NCBI GenBank assembly: GCA_964403725.1
Contig: CAYOHI010000005.1
Span: forward strand, 3,368 to 67,367
Direction: 5' to 3'
Length of the DNA: 64,000 bases
From: an uncultured Candidatus Saccharibacteria bacterium
GTDB lineage: Bacteria; Patescibacteriota; Minisyncoccia; Portnoybacterales; UBA2143
The position numbers and the translations under genes were made by a program. Below the pieces are notes generated by a model, which did not search any database, was not told where the DNA came from, and was given only the letters and a program-made list of their open reading frames with translations. Of this stretch, positions 8,913-17,125 are shown one piece after another (positions within the stretch are counted from its first letter, which is position 1; every line of letters begins with the position of its first letter).

Positions 8913-10007
8913 TTAATTTGTACTACAACACTCAACAACAGCTAATTCCAAAGGAAGTTGCTGGAAATCAGCTGATTTAACCTCATTTTCAGCATTAACA
9001 AACAAATGAATAATTTCAATCAATTCCTTTGAATCTAACTTTTCTCCCATCTCCCTTATACCCTCCACTTGTTCTTTTGTCAACTCAGCTGTTACTAATT
9101 TAGATAAAGATGAATCAACTTTTAAAATCATCATTTTTCTAAAGTAGCTTATTAATGATTTGGTAAATTGAACCAAATCATATCCCTGATTGGCAACTTG
9201 ATTGATATGCGAGATGGCTTTGCCTGATTCTTTGTTAATTAAAAAATTAACTAGATCAGAAACTGCTTTAATGTCTGTTACTCCTAAAATAGTCTGGACT
9301 TCTTCTAGAGTAATATTCTTATCCTCCATAGACATAATCTGGCCCAAGAGGCTTTCTCCGTCTCTAACTGAACCATCGGCATTGACAGCAATCAATTCTA
9401 AGGCAGATTTTTCAATCTTTACCTTTTCTTTTCCTGTTATCCAGTCAAGTCTTTCTACGATCTTATCCAAAGTCAATTTATGGAAATCAAATTTCTGGCA
9501 TCTAGATATTATGGTCTGAGGAACTTTATGAATTTCAGTAGTAGCTAAGATGAAAATTGCATGAGCTGGAGGCTCTTCCAGGGTCTTTAAAAGCGCATTA
9601 AAAGCTTCTCTAGTCAGCATGTGAATTTCATCGATTATAAAGACCTTGTATTTTAAAGAATTAGGACTGAATTTAATACCATCTCTTAATTCCCTAATTT
9701 CATCGATACCTCTGTTTGAAGCAGCGTCAATTTCAACTAAATCCAAAGATTTGTTTTCATTGATCTCATTACAGGCATTACACTTATTACAAGGCTCCGA
9801 TTCTTTCCTATTAGTACAGTTAACAGCCTTAGCTAATAGTCTGGCTATGGTTGTCTTACCAGTTCCTCTGACACCGGTAAAAAGATAGGCGTGAGCCACC
9901 TTATCTAATTTCAAAGCATTAATCAAGGTTTTTTTAATATGATCTTGATTAGCCACTTCACCAAATGTCTTTGGCCTATATTTCCTATACAAAACTAGAT
10001 TTGCCAT
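8913..10007 (-). CDS. dnaX: DNA polymerase III subunit gamma/tau (short form, 364 aa)
   Basis: MANLVLYRKYRPKTFGEVANQDHI...AYLFTGVRGTGKTTIARLLAKAVNC (Walker A plus Zn module CNKCNAC), DEIHML, SRCQ. Confidence 0.9.
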   Translation of the reverse strand: MANLVLYRKYRPKTFGEVANQDHIKKTLINALKLDKVAHAYLFTGVRGTGKTTIARLLAKAVNCTNRKESEPCNKCNACNEINENKSLDLVEIDAASNRGIDEIRELRDGIKFSPNSLKYKVFIIDEIHMLTREAFNALLKTLEEPPAHAIFILATTEIHKVPQTIISRCQKFDFHKLTLDKIVERLDWITGKEKVKIEKSALELIAVNADGSVRDGESLLGQIMSMEDKNITLEEVQTILGVTDIKAVSDLVNFLINKESGKAISHINQVANQGYDLVQFTKSLISYFRKMMILKVDSSLSKLVTAELTKEQVEGIREMGEKLDSKELIEIIHLFVNAENEVKSADFQQLPLELAVVECCSTN

Positions 10008-10052
10008 ACATTTTTAGTATATCACAAAGAATTAAAAATTAAAGCGTTTAAC

Positions 10053-10081
10053 TTGACGACATCCAATTAATATTCTATAAA
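10053..10081 (+). promoter_or_regulatory. sigma70-like promoter for zinc-ribbon gene B
   Basis: TTGACG - 17 nt - TATAAA, followed by RBS aaaggggaggag before the ATG at 10122. Confidence 0.4.
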
Positions 10082-10121
10082 GAGGGTAACAATAACACGG
10101 TTAAAGGGGAGGAGAAAAGTT

Positions 10122-10514
10122 ATGGAATGCTCATTACAAACCTGCGATGGCAAAATCAACCTTAGAAAAAAGGTCGAAACTAGAGTAAACGGAAGAGAAA
10201 TTGAAGGGTTTGCTTGTAAGGACTGTGGCTGTATTCACAGAACCGTCCCTGTAAAGGATACAAACGATGGAATCGCTTTCCTCGATAACGGAGGAGTTGT
10301 TTTCAAATCACAGTGCCCCGCCTACGGATGCCCTGGAGTGATCAGCACCAGAAAAGTGGTAACTGTTCCGCTCGAGAGCGGTGAACAAAAAGGTAGTCCG
10401 TGTAGTGTCTGTCGGATAATTTGGCGAGGTAGCGAGCCTATTCATGATGACAAATATCAAACTGCTATACTCGGCGAACATGAACAAATTGATTTCCGAG
10501 CTCCCATTCGATAG
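10122..10514 (+). CDS. small Cys-rich zinc-ribbon-like protein (family member B)
   Basis: MECSLQTCDGK ... FACKDCGCIHRTVPVKD ... CPAYGCPG ... CSVC; strong RBS; GC-richer than neighbours; promoter and terminator both present. Confidence 0.55.
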   Translation: MECSLQTCDGKINLRKKVETRVNGREIEGFACKDCGCIHRTVPVKDTNDGIAFLDNGGVVFKSQCPAYGCPGVISTRKVVTVPLESGEQKGSPCSVCRIIWRGSEPIHDDKYQTAILGEHEQIDFRAPIR

Positions 10515-10544
10515 TCTATCTCCTCTCTTGACCTGTGAATTTAA

Positions 10545-10578
10545 AAGGCCACCAATTGAAAAAATTGGCGGCCTTTTA
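10545..10578. terminator. bidirectional intrinsic terminator between convergent genes
   Basis: aaggccaccaatt-gaaaa-aattggcggcctt hairpin flanked by an A-run and a T-run. Confidence 0.7.
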
Positions 10579-10594
10579 CGTTATCTGAATTTCC

Positions 10595-11209
10595 CTACTT
10601 TTTAAACACAAACATCTTGTATCCGATAAAATTCCAACCCATGGCTACCATCGATGCTACTATGGCCCCGATGTTACCCCATTGTCCAGCATTCAATCCA
10701 AATTGCGGTCCTACTAAATTAACAATACCTGAAGCCACTATATTGTTAACTATAAGCCCAACAACACTAACCAAGAAAAAAGTTAAAAATTGCTTGCCTG
10801 TATCTTTCTCCTTGCTGCTAAAAGCCCAATTCTTGTTGAATAAGTAACTGTTAATATTAGCAACCAAAAAGGAAATTCCTTTAAAAACTGAATACCAATA
10901 CCCTACTGCTATTCCTGAGAAAAATATTAATAAATTCAAAATTCCAATATCAACCAAGAAATTAAAACCACCTACCAGGACGAATTTACCAAATTGAAAA
11001 AGGGATTCTTTTTTCTGACTAATAAGGGAGATTAATTTAATCCAAATTAGGCAAAAAATGGGAAAGAATATTGGCAGAATCCAATACAGATGGCCTTGCT
11101 TAATAAATTCAACATTCAATTCCAAATTATTAACCATTAGAATTAGCAACCAAGCTGATATCTCGCCTATAAAAAACGTTATTAACCAATCTTTTTTAGT
11201 TAATTGCAT
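10595..11209 (-). CDS. GtrA-family membrane protein (polysaccharide synthesis/flippase-associated)
   Basis: FGKFVLVGGFNFLVDIGILNLL is the GtrA signature; 4-5 TM helices; start is 2 nt after the upstream stop. Confidence 0.7.
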   Translation of the reverse strand: MQLTKKDWLITFFIGEISAWLLILMVNNLELNVEFIKQGHLYWILPIFFPIFCLIWIKLISLISQKKESLFQFGKFVLVGGFNFLVDIGILNLLIFFSGIAVGYWYSVFKGISFLVANINSYLFNKNWAFSSKEKDTGKQFLTFFLVSVVGLIVNNIVASGIVNLVGPQFGLNAGQWGNIGAIVASMVAMGWNFIGYKMFVFKK

Positions 11210-11211
11210 AT

Positions 11212-13737
11212 TTAAAACTCTGGAGCTTTTTCAATTTCAAGCCCAAGTCCTTTCTTAAGTATTAATGTATCTCTTCTTTTTAATTTGTTTTCTAATAATA
11301 AAGTAGCTGCCTGGTTTTCAACAATATCCTGAATTACTCTTTTTAAAGGCCTAGCTCCATACAAGGGATCGTATCCCTTTTGAGCCAATTCCTCAACAGC
11401 ATCTTCTTCTGATTTAAAGAAAATTCCCTTTTCCTCCAATTTCTTTTTAAAACCATTTAAAAATAGTTTAGTAATTTTGTTCATATTATCCATACTCAAA
11501 GCCTTAAACAAAACAATTTTATCAAATCTGTTTAAAAATTCAGGCTTAAAGTATTCCAACAGGACAGTTTGCTTTAACTCCTTGTCGATTTCCTCATAAG
11601 TCGATCCACCACTAATTTTCTTCTGGACGAAATGAGTGCCGGCATTGGAGGTGGCGATAATGATGGTATTGGTAAAATTAATAGTTTCTCCTGAAATATC
11701 AGTCAATCTTCCGTCATCCATAACTTGTAAGAATAGGTTTAGAATATCCGGATGGGCTTTTTCAATTTCATCTAAAAGAATCATGGAATATGGCTGTCTT
11801 TTAACAGCCTCTGTTAAATACCCCTTATTAGTATCACTCTCAGTCCTCGAACCAATTAATCTTCTCAATCCTCTTTTTTCTTGGTATTCAGACATGTCTA
11901 AGCGAATCATTCTTTTTTCATTGCCGAAATACACTCTGGCTAATGATTTAGCTGTCTCAGTTTTACCCACGCCAGTTGGCCCCACAAAAAGAAAATTAGC
12001 AATTGGTTTTTTCCTGCCTTGTAATTCCAATCTTGAGCGCCTCATGGCATCAGCAATGCCTTTAACTGCTTCTTCTTGGTTAATTACCCTTTTATGGATT
12101 AAATTTTCTAAATTAAGTAATTTTTCTTTTTCTGTTTCTTCAATTTCCCCCAAAGGAACTTTTGTTTTTTCTGTAACCAATTCAATAATATCGCTGTCTT
12201 TGATATAGGCTCCGGCCCCCATCTGTCCTCTAACCTTGTGACCTGCTTCAGTTAACAAATCCATGGCCTTAGCTGGCAAAGCTTTGCCATAGACATATCG
12301 GTCAGCCAAATTAATAGCTTGTTCTAAAGCATCAGCTGAAAAGAAAATATTTAATTCTTTTTCAATAACATATATTTTAGTAATCAAGATTTGCCATAGA
12401 ATATTCTCTGGTGGCAAAGGCACATTAACCCGACTAAGAGATCTGCCTAAAATTTTACCTTCAATTTTAGAAGCATAATTATCAGCTGTAGTTGTGCCGA
12501 TGAAATAGAAGGCACGTTTATCTAAAGCTGATGATAAGATTTCTGACATATCAATACCTCCAGCTTGGGTTTTGAGACCTGATAGACTATCAATATTTTC
12601 AACTACTAAAACAATATTACCCGCTCTATTAACTTCAAAAACAATCTGTTTTAAATATTCTTCACCTTTTTCTCTAGCGCCGTCTAAACTGACAAGACTT
12701 CCTAAATCAAGCTCAACTAATCTTTTATCCTTTAAAAACTTAGGCACATTCTCCGTAACCATCATCTGAGCTAACTTTTTCAAAATTGCTTTTTTGCCAA
12801 TAGCACTTTCACCAACCAGAACTACGCCAATTTTGCCAGCACTAAAGAAATTAAAGGTGTCGCTAATTTCTTTTTGTCTGCCCATAACAATCTCAAATTG
12901 ACCTTGTCTCGCCAAATATGTCAAATCCCGACTAACCTTATCAAGTGTTGGCGTTAAAACAGCCGTCATAGTTCTATTCAATTTTCCTTTAGGTTTGAAA
13001 AATCTTCGCCAAGAAAAAGACTTTTCGTTCTTTTTAATTTCTCTTTCTAATTGAGACCATATAACGACTTTTTCAATTTCCTCGGGTCTAATTCCAAATT
13101 CATCAAAAATCATGCCAACCAAATTTCTTTGTTGACTAATAGCCCAAAGCAAATCCAAAGCCCCAATTTGACTCTCTTGTTTTTCTAAACAAAATCTATA
13201 CGCATCAACAAATATTTCTTTGAAATCTGAGGCCATTTTAGGACCTAGAAAAGCCACTCCTTTGTCATCCACAAAAAATGAAGAATTCTCTAAAATGCTT
13301 TTAGTTTTTTGATTAACAAGATTAGGATCACAATCTAATCTCTTAAGAATTTTTTTAAAATTCTTTTGTTTTAAAAATGAATTAAAAAGATGGATTGGCC
13401 TTAGTGAGCGATATCCTTTACGATAAGCAAAAAGCCAAGCTCTTTCTAAAGATTTCTGAGCTGAGTTATTCAAAAACAAAGAAACATCAGTTTCTTCCTT
13501 AAACACTTTAATCCTATCAATCCTCTCTTTCTTCCTTTCTAGAATATAGATAAGAAACATGTCAGTTAAAAGAGAAAGATAAAAAACAGCATCATAGCCA
13601 ATTAATAAGGCCCATAAACCATAAATTCCAAAGATTATTAAAAAGAAAAAAAGAACCCAACTTAAAACTCTTCTCAATTTCCTTTGAGTTATTCTCAATA
13701 AATTCAAATGAGGGTTGAAATATAAGTTTGGTTCCAT
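11212..13737 (-). CDS. membrane-anchored Clp/Hsp100-family AAA+ unfoldase (ClpC/ClpA-like; D1 degenerate, D2 canonical)
   Basis: N-terminal two TM helices (VLSWVLFFFLIIFGIYGLWALLIGY...), Clp_N-like LERAWLFAYRKGYRSLRPIHLFNSF, D1 Walker A GESAIGKK and Walker B VVENID (non-canonical), D2 FLFVGPTGVGKTETAKSLA, ILLDEIEKAHPD, IIATSNAG, PEFLNRFD; start taken at the ATG at 13735-13737, which is 2 nt after the upstream stop (the ORF track extends to 13818 with an overlap). Confidence 0.8.
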   Translation of the reverse strand: MEPNLYFNPHLNLLRITQRKLRRVLSWVLFFFLIIFGIYGLWALLIGYDAVFYLSLLTDMFLIYILERKKERIDRIKVFKEETDVSLFLNNSAQKSLERAWLFAYRKGYRSLRPIHLFNSFLKQKNFKKILKRLDCDPNLVNQKTKSILENSSFFVDDKGVAFLGPKMASDFKEIFVDAYRFCLEKQESQIGALDLLWAISQQRNLVGMIFDEFGIRPEEIEKVVIWSQLEREIKKNEKSFSWRRFFKPKGKLNRTMTAVLTPTLDKVSRDLTYLARQGQFEIVMGRQKEISDTFNFFSAGKIGVVLVGESAIGKKAILKKLAQMMVTENVPKFLKDKRLVELDLGSLVSLDGAREKGEEYLKQIVFEVNRAGNIVLVVENIDSLSGLKTQAGGIDMSEILSSALDKRAFYFIGTTTADNYASKIEGKILGRSLSRVNVPLPPENILWQILITKIYVIEKELNIFFSADALEQAINLADRYVYGKALPAKAMDLLTEAGHKVRGQMGAGAYIKDSDIIELVTEKTKVPLGEIEETEKEKLLNLENLIHKRVINQEEAVKGIADAMRRSRLELQGRKKPIANFLFVGPTGVGKTETAKSLARVYFGNEKRMIRLDMSEYQEKRGLRRLIGSRTESDTNKGYLTEAVKRQPYSMILLDEIEKAHPDILNLFLQVMDDGRLTDISGETINFTNTIIIATSNAGTHFVQKKISGGSTYEEIDKELKQTVLLEYFKPEFLNRFDKIVLFKALSMDNMNKITKLFLNGFKKKLEEKGIFFKSEEDAVEELAQKGYDPLYGARPLKRVIQDIVENQAATLLLENKLKRRDTLILKKGLGLEIEKAPEF

Positions 13738-13739
13738 GA

Positions 13740-14090
13740 TTAAAATAGTAATTTCCAAATAGTGAATATTGGTAAAGTAACCCAGGCAAACAGAATAAAA
13801 ACCCAAAGCAAAGCCCAAAGAAACATTAAAAACAAACGAAAAACAAGATGAATAAAATGACTGGCCAAACTTAAGACATATGCATCCCAGCCCTTTTGGC
13901 CATACATAGGTTTAAAGAAATTTTTAATAAAGATTACTAGAGCCAAATTCTGCCAACCATCTTTAATCCTTAAAAAACAAAAAAGAGCCGCTTTTTTTAA
14001 ACCACGACTATACCACCAAACTGGAAAATACAAAACTTCAACAACTGTGTCTAAGAATAAATCTTTTAAAATTATCTTGTAACTTCCCAT
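13740..14090 (-). CDS. small polytopic membrane protein, hypothetical
   Basis: 116 aa; stop TAG of the upstream gene is immediately followed by its ATG (TAGATG); 3 predicted TM segments. Confidence 0.5.
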   Translation of the reverse strand: MGSYKIILKDLFLDTVVEVLYFPVWWYSRGLKKAALFCFLRIKDGWQNLALVIFIKNFFKPMYGQKGWDAYVLSLASHFIHLVFRLFLMFLWALLWVFILFAWVTLPIFTIWKLLF

Positions 14091-16574
14091 CTATTTCACC
14101 TCCATATTTGGGTTAGCTGACTGAATTGGAGCAGCTGTTTTGTACCTAGTAGCAATTTCTTGTTCAACTACTGCCTTATCCCGACCGTACTTTAACCGAG
14201 CCAATTCTTTAATAGCTTGGGCTACTTCCGGAAAACCTTTTTCAGGCGGATAGGTCGCAATATTGAATGGCGTAGAAGTCTGATTATTAATTATTAATTT
14301 AACATGAGCATTAAAATTATCAACATTAATTAAGTCATTAGCACCAAAAACAGGTTCGAATTGCTTAATCAAAAATTCAGCATCTTCAGCCCCCACTCTA
14401 AAAGCAACTTGAGAACCTACATTGCCAAACACAGCTTCTTTAATATTATCTGACAATTGACCAATGAACTGATGAGCAGCAATTAAGCTTAACCTATATT
14501 TCCTAGCCTCAGAGAGAATAGTCGAAATACTATCCGTTGAAAAGTTCTGGAATTCATCCATGTATAGATAGAAATCTTGACGCTGCTCTTCAGGCATATC
14601 TACTCTTGAAAAAGCAGCCATTAAAAGCTTGCCTGTAACAATCATGCCTAAAAGACTACTATTAATATCCCCTAACCTTCCTTTGCTTAGATTAACTAAC
14701 AAAATCTTACGCTCGTCCATGATTTTCCTAAAATCAAGAGAGCTTTTAGCCTGACTAACAATCGGCCTCATATAGTCATTGGAAATGAAAATACTGAATT
14801 TAGAAGTAATGTATGGCACCATATTCTGTAAAGAAGCATCGCCTCCTGCTTTAGCAGCTTCTTTTTCCCAGAAATTCTTAACTACCATACTTTGGCATTT
14901 AGCTAACAACTTAGCCCGATATTCTTTATCAGCTAGAACCTTAGGAACTTCCAATAAGGTAACATCTTCACTAGGATCATCCATTAAAAGCAATAAAGCA
15001 TTGCGAGTATATTGTTCGAACATTGGTCCGCCAGTATTCTTTAAATCATACAATCTATCAAAGATGCTCATCAATTCGTTAACGGCAAAAGTTTTTTGCT
15101 CTGGATATTTAGTGTCATATTCCAGCATATTTAAAGCCAGAGGTCTTTCTAAATCAGAGGGATCAACTAGAACGACATCTTCAACTCTTTCTCTTGGAAT
15201 TAATTCCATAATTTTATCTATCTCACCATGTGGATCCAAAACGCCAATACCTTTACCTGCCCTAATATCTTGAACAATGAGATTGCGCAAGAAAGCTGAT
15301 TTACCAGTTCCCGTTTGTCCAACAATGTATAGATGGCGACGGCGATCATTATCTGTCATTCGAACAACTGATTCGACTCCTCGGTAAACATTTTTGCCTA
15401 GAATAATGCCTTCTTGAGGCATGTTAGCCGGCAAATCAGCTGACTGAGATTTCATGAATTTAACTTTAGGCGTATTAACAGTAATGCTTGGAAAATGGAA
15501 AAGACTGGTTAATTCTTCAGTATTTAAGATGGTTGATTGTTTTCTATTGAATAATCTGAAAGAAAAGTCATAAATTAATTTCTTTAAATTAGATCCTTTG
15601 AGACGAATTGATTTTATTTGATTCAAACTAGGTGCATTAAACTGAACAAAGGCACTTTCCAAATGTCCAAGTATTTGATCGGCTTTTTCTTGGTCTTCCG
15701 AAGAAACTAATAATCTAATATTAACTTCAAACCCAGGTTTACTAGCCTTATTTTCAAGTGATTTTATAATTTCTTCCTGTAAAGGAGTCAAAGAAATATT
15801 ATTTAATTTTTCTTTGTCTTTGTCTTTTTGGGAAGTTCCTTTAACTGCAAGCTCAACATTTTTTCTGACTATTCCCTTGCTAGCTTCTGAATTAGCTGCT
15901 CCAAAATCTTTACCACCTTGCATTTCTTTAGCGATTCTCAAACCCTGTTTAGCCCAGTTTTTAGACTGAGTGGGTTTAATAACGATCTGAATTGAAGCAC
16001 CTTCGCCTTCTTGCTGTAATTTAGACAAAGTATTAGTAATTTCATTCAATGGATCCATTTCCAGACTCTGATATGTTTTAAAAGGCAAAGAATAGGTTTT
16101 GGCTAGTCTTAAATATGAGCCAGCCACTACCCCTTTAGGATTAAAAATATTGTAATCATTTACTTTTTCAACTGAAGCTTCAGAATAGAAACCATGGACT
16201 TGTTTTTCAACAACTGTCTCATATTTGCGAGGTATGGACATATAGAAAGATATTTCTTCTCCTATTTGTGGTGTAGCAATTTCAAAAACAATATGCGGCT
16301 GGCCGTAAAAAAAGGTATCTTTAGTTTCCTTAATATTACTGAGACTACTATAGAATTGTTCCATAACTGAAATGATTTCTTTTTCGCTTTTGGCAGTCTC
16401 ACCTTCTTCTTTTTTATTTTTCTTAGGCAAAGTAATTAAAAACAAACTCATATTCAAAGAGCGGGTTACCTGGCCTCTTTTTTTACGAGCCATAACAAAC
16501 ATCAAAGCGCCTACTCCAATAATTCCAAGAGCAAGTAAAACAACGATACCTATTAGTATTTGATTTAAGTCCAT
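14091..16574 (-). CDS. HerA/FtsK-superfamily ATPase, VirD4/TraD/TraG-like coupling-protein homolog (DUF87-like) with N-terminal TM anchor
   Basis: N-terminal TM; Walker A RRHLYIVGQTGTGKSAFLRNL, Walker B FYLYMDEFQNF, C-terminal ARKYRLSLIAAHQFIGQL resembling the TraD/TraG C-terminal motif. Confidence 0.6.
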   Translation of the reverse strand: MDLNQILIGIVVLLALGIIGVGALMFVMARKKRGQVTRSLNMSLFLITLPKKNKKEEGETAKSEKEIISVMEQFYSSLSNIKETKDTFFYGQPHIVFEIATPQIGEEISFYMSIPRKYETVVEKQVHGFYSEASVEKVNDYNIFNPKGVVAGSYLRLAKTYSLPFKTYQSLEMDPLNEITNTLSKLQQEGEGASIQIVIKPTQSKNWAKQGLRIAKEMQGGKDFGAANSEASKGIVRKNVELAVKGTSQKDKDKEKLNNISLTPLQEEIIKSLENKASKPGFEVNIRLLVSSEDQEKADQILGHLESAFVQFNAPSLNQIKSIRLKGSNLKKLIYDFSFRLFNRKQSTILNTEELTSLFHFPSITVNTPKVKFMKSQSADLPANMPQEGIILGKNVYRGVESVVRMTDNDRRRHLYIVGQTGTGKSAFLRNLIVQDIRAGKGIGVLDPHGEIDKIMELIPRERVEDVVLVDPSDLERPLALNMLEYDTKYPEQKTFAVNELMSIFDRLYDLKNTGGPMFEQYTRNALLLLMDDPSEDVTLLEVPKVLADKEYRAKLLAKCQSMVVKNFWEKEAAKAGGDASLQNMVPYITSKFSIFISNDYMRPIVSQAKSSLDFRKIMDERKILLVNLSKGRLGDINSSLLGMIVTGKLLMAAFSRVDMPEEQRQDFYLYMDEFQNFSTDSISTILSEARKYRLSLIAAHQFIGQLSDNIKEAVFGNVGSQVAFRVGAEDAEFLIKQFEPVFGANDLINVDNFNAHVKLIINNQTSTPFNIATYPPEKGFPEVAQAIKELARLKYGRDKAVVEQEIATRYKTAAPIQSANPNMEVK

Positions 16575-16584
16575 ATGTTACCCC

Positions 16585-17019
16585 CTATTTTTGTTCCAGT
16601 TTCTTTGCTTCAACTAATTTTTCGTAAAGATCATTAGTCAAGGCATCATGAAATTCATCCAAGATATATGGATTATTAGCTTTCTTAGCTTCCTCAATCG
16701 CTTCAGTTAGGCCTTTGTCAAAGGCTATTTGAGTTAACTGCTCAACCCGCTTTTTATCAGCTGGTTCCTCAGCTGGCTGAGTAGGCTTAGCTGGAGTAGC
16801 TGGGCTTGAATCAGCTACTGGCGCTGAAGCTGTTGGAGTAATTTCTTTAGCTGACTGAAGAACTTCTGGTTTAGACACTTCCTCAACCTTTTTTTCAGGC
16901 TGAATTGGAGCTTCTTTTTTTATTGGTGGAGCCTCTTGAGGTTGGCTTGGTTGTTCAGCTGCCGCAGCTGGCCCAACACCTTCCTCAATTGGTTCATGAT
17001 ATTTATCTCGTTCTGTCAT
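16585..17019 (-). CDS. Pro/Ala/Glu-rich low-complexity protein, hypothetical
   Basis: 144 aa ORF; first gene after terminator 17078-17100; 10 nt upstream of the ATPase gene. Confidence 0.45.
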   Translation of the reverse strand: MTERDKYHEPIEEGVGPAAAAEQPSQPQEAPPIKKEAPIQPEKKVEEVSKPEVLQSAKEITPTASAPVADSSPATPAKPTQPAEEPADKKRVEQLTQIAFDKGLTEAIEEAKKANNPYILDEFHDALTNDLYEKLVEAKKLEQK

Positions 17020-17077
17020 ATTATATATATTTTACCACAAAAATATGTTCTTAACCAAAAACTTATCCCCAAACAAA

Positions 17078-17100
17078 AAACCGTTACAAAACGGTTTTTC
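17078..17100. terminator. intrinsic terminator
   Basis: aaaccgtt-acaa-aacggttt hairpin with flanking A/T runs. Confidence 0.6.
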
Positions 17101-17125
17101 TTGGAAATATGAAATTCTCTGAATT

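Noticed and set aside
13740-13818. Possible frameshifted single gene spanning 11212-14090 (small membrane ORF plus Clp-like)
   Set aside because: The small ORF ends with TAA. An in-frame ATG for the Clp-like protein (MEPNLYF) follows 2 nt later. This is classic translational coupling, so there is no need to invoke a frameshift; the 13818 start of the ORF track is likely an over-extension.
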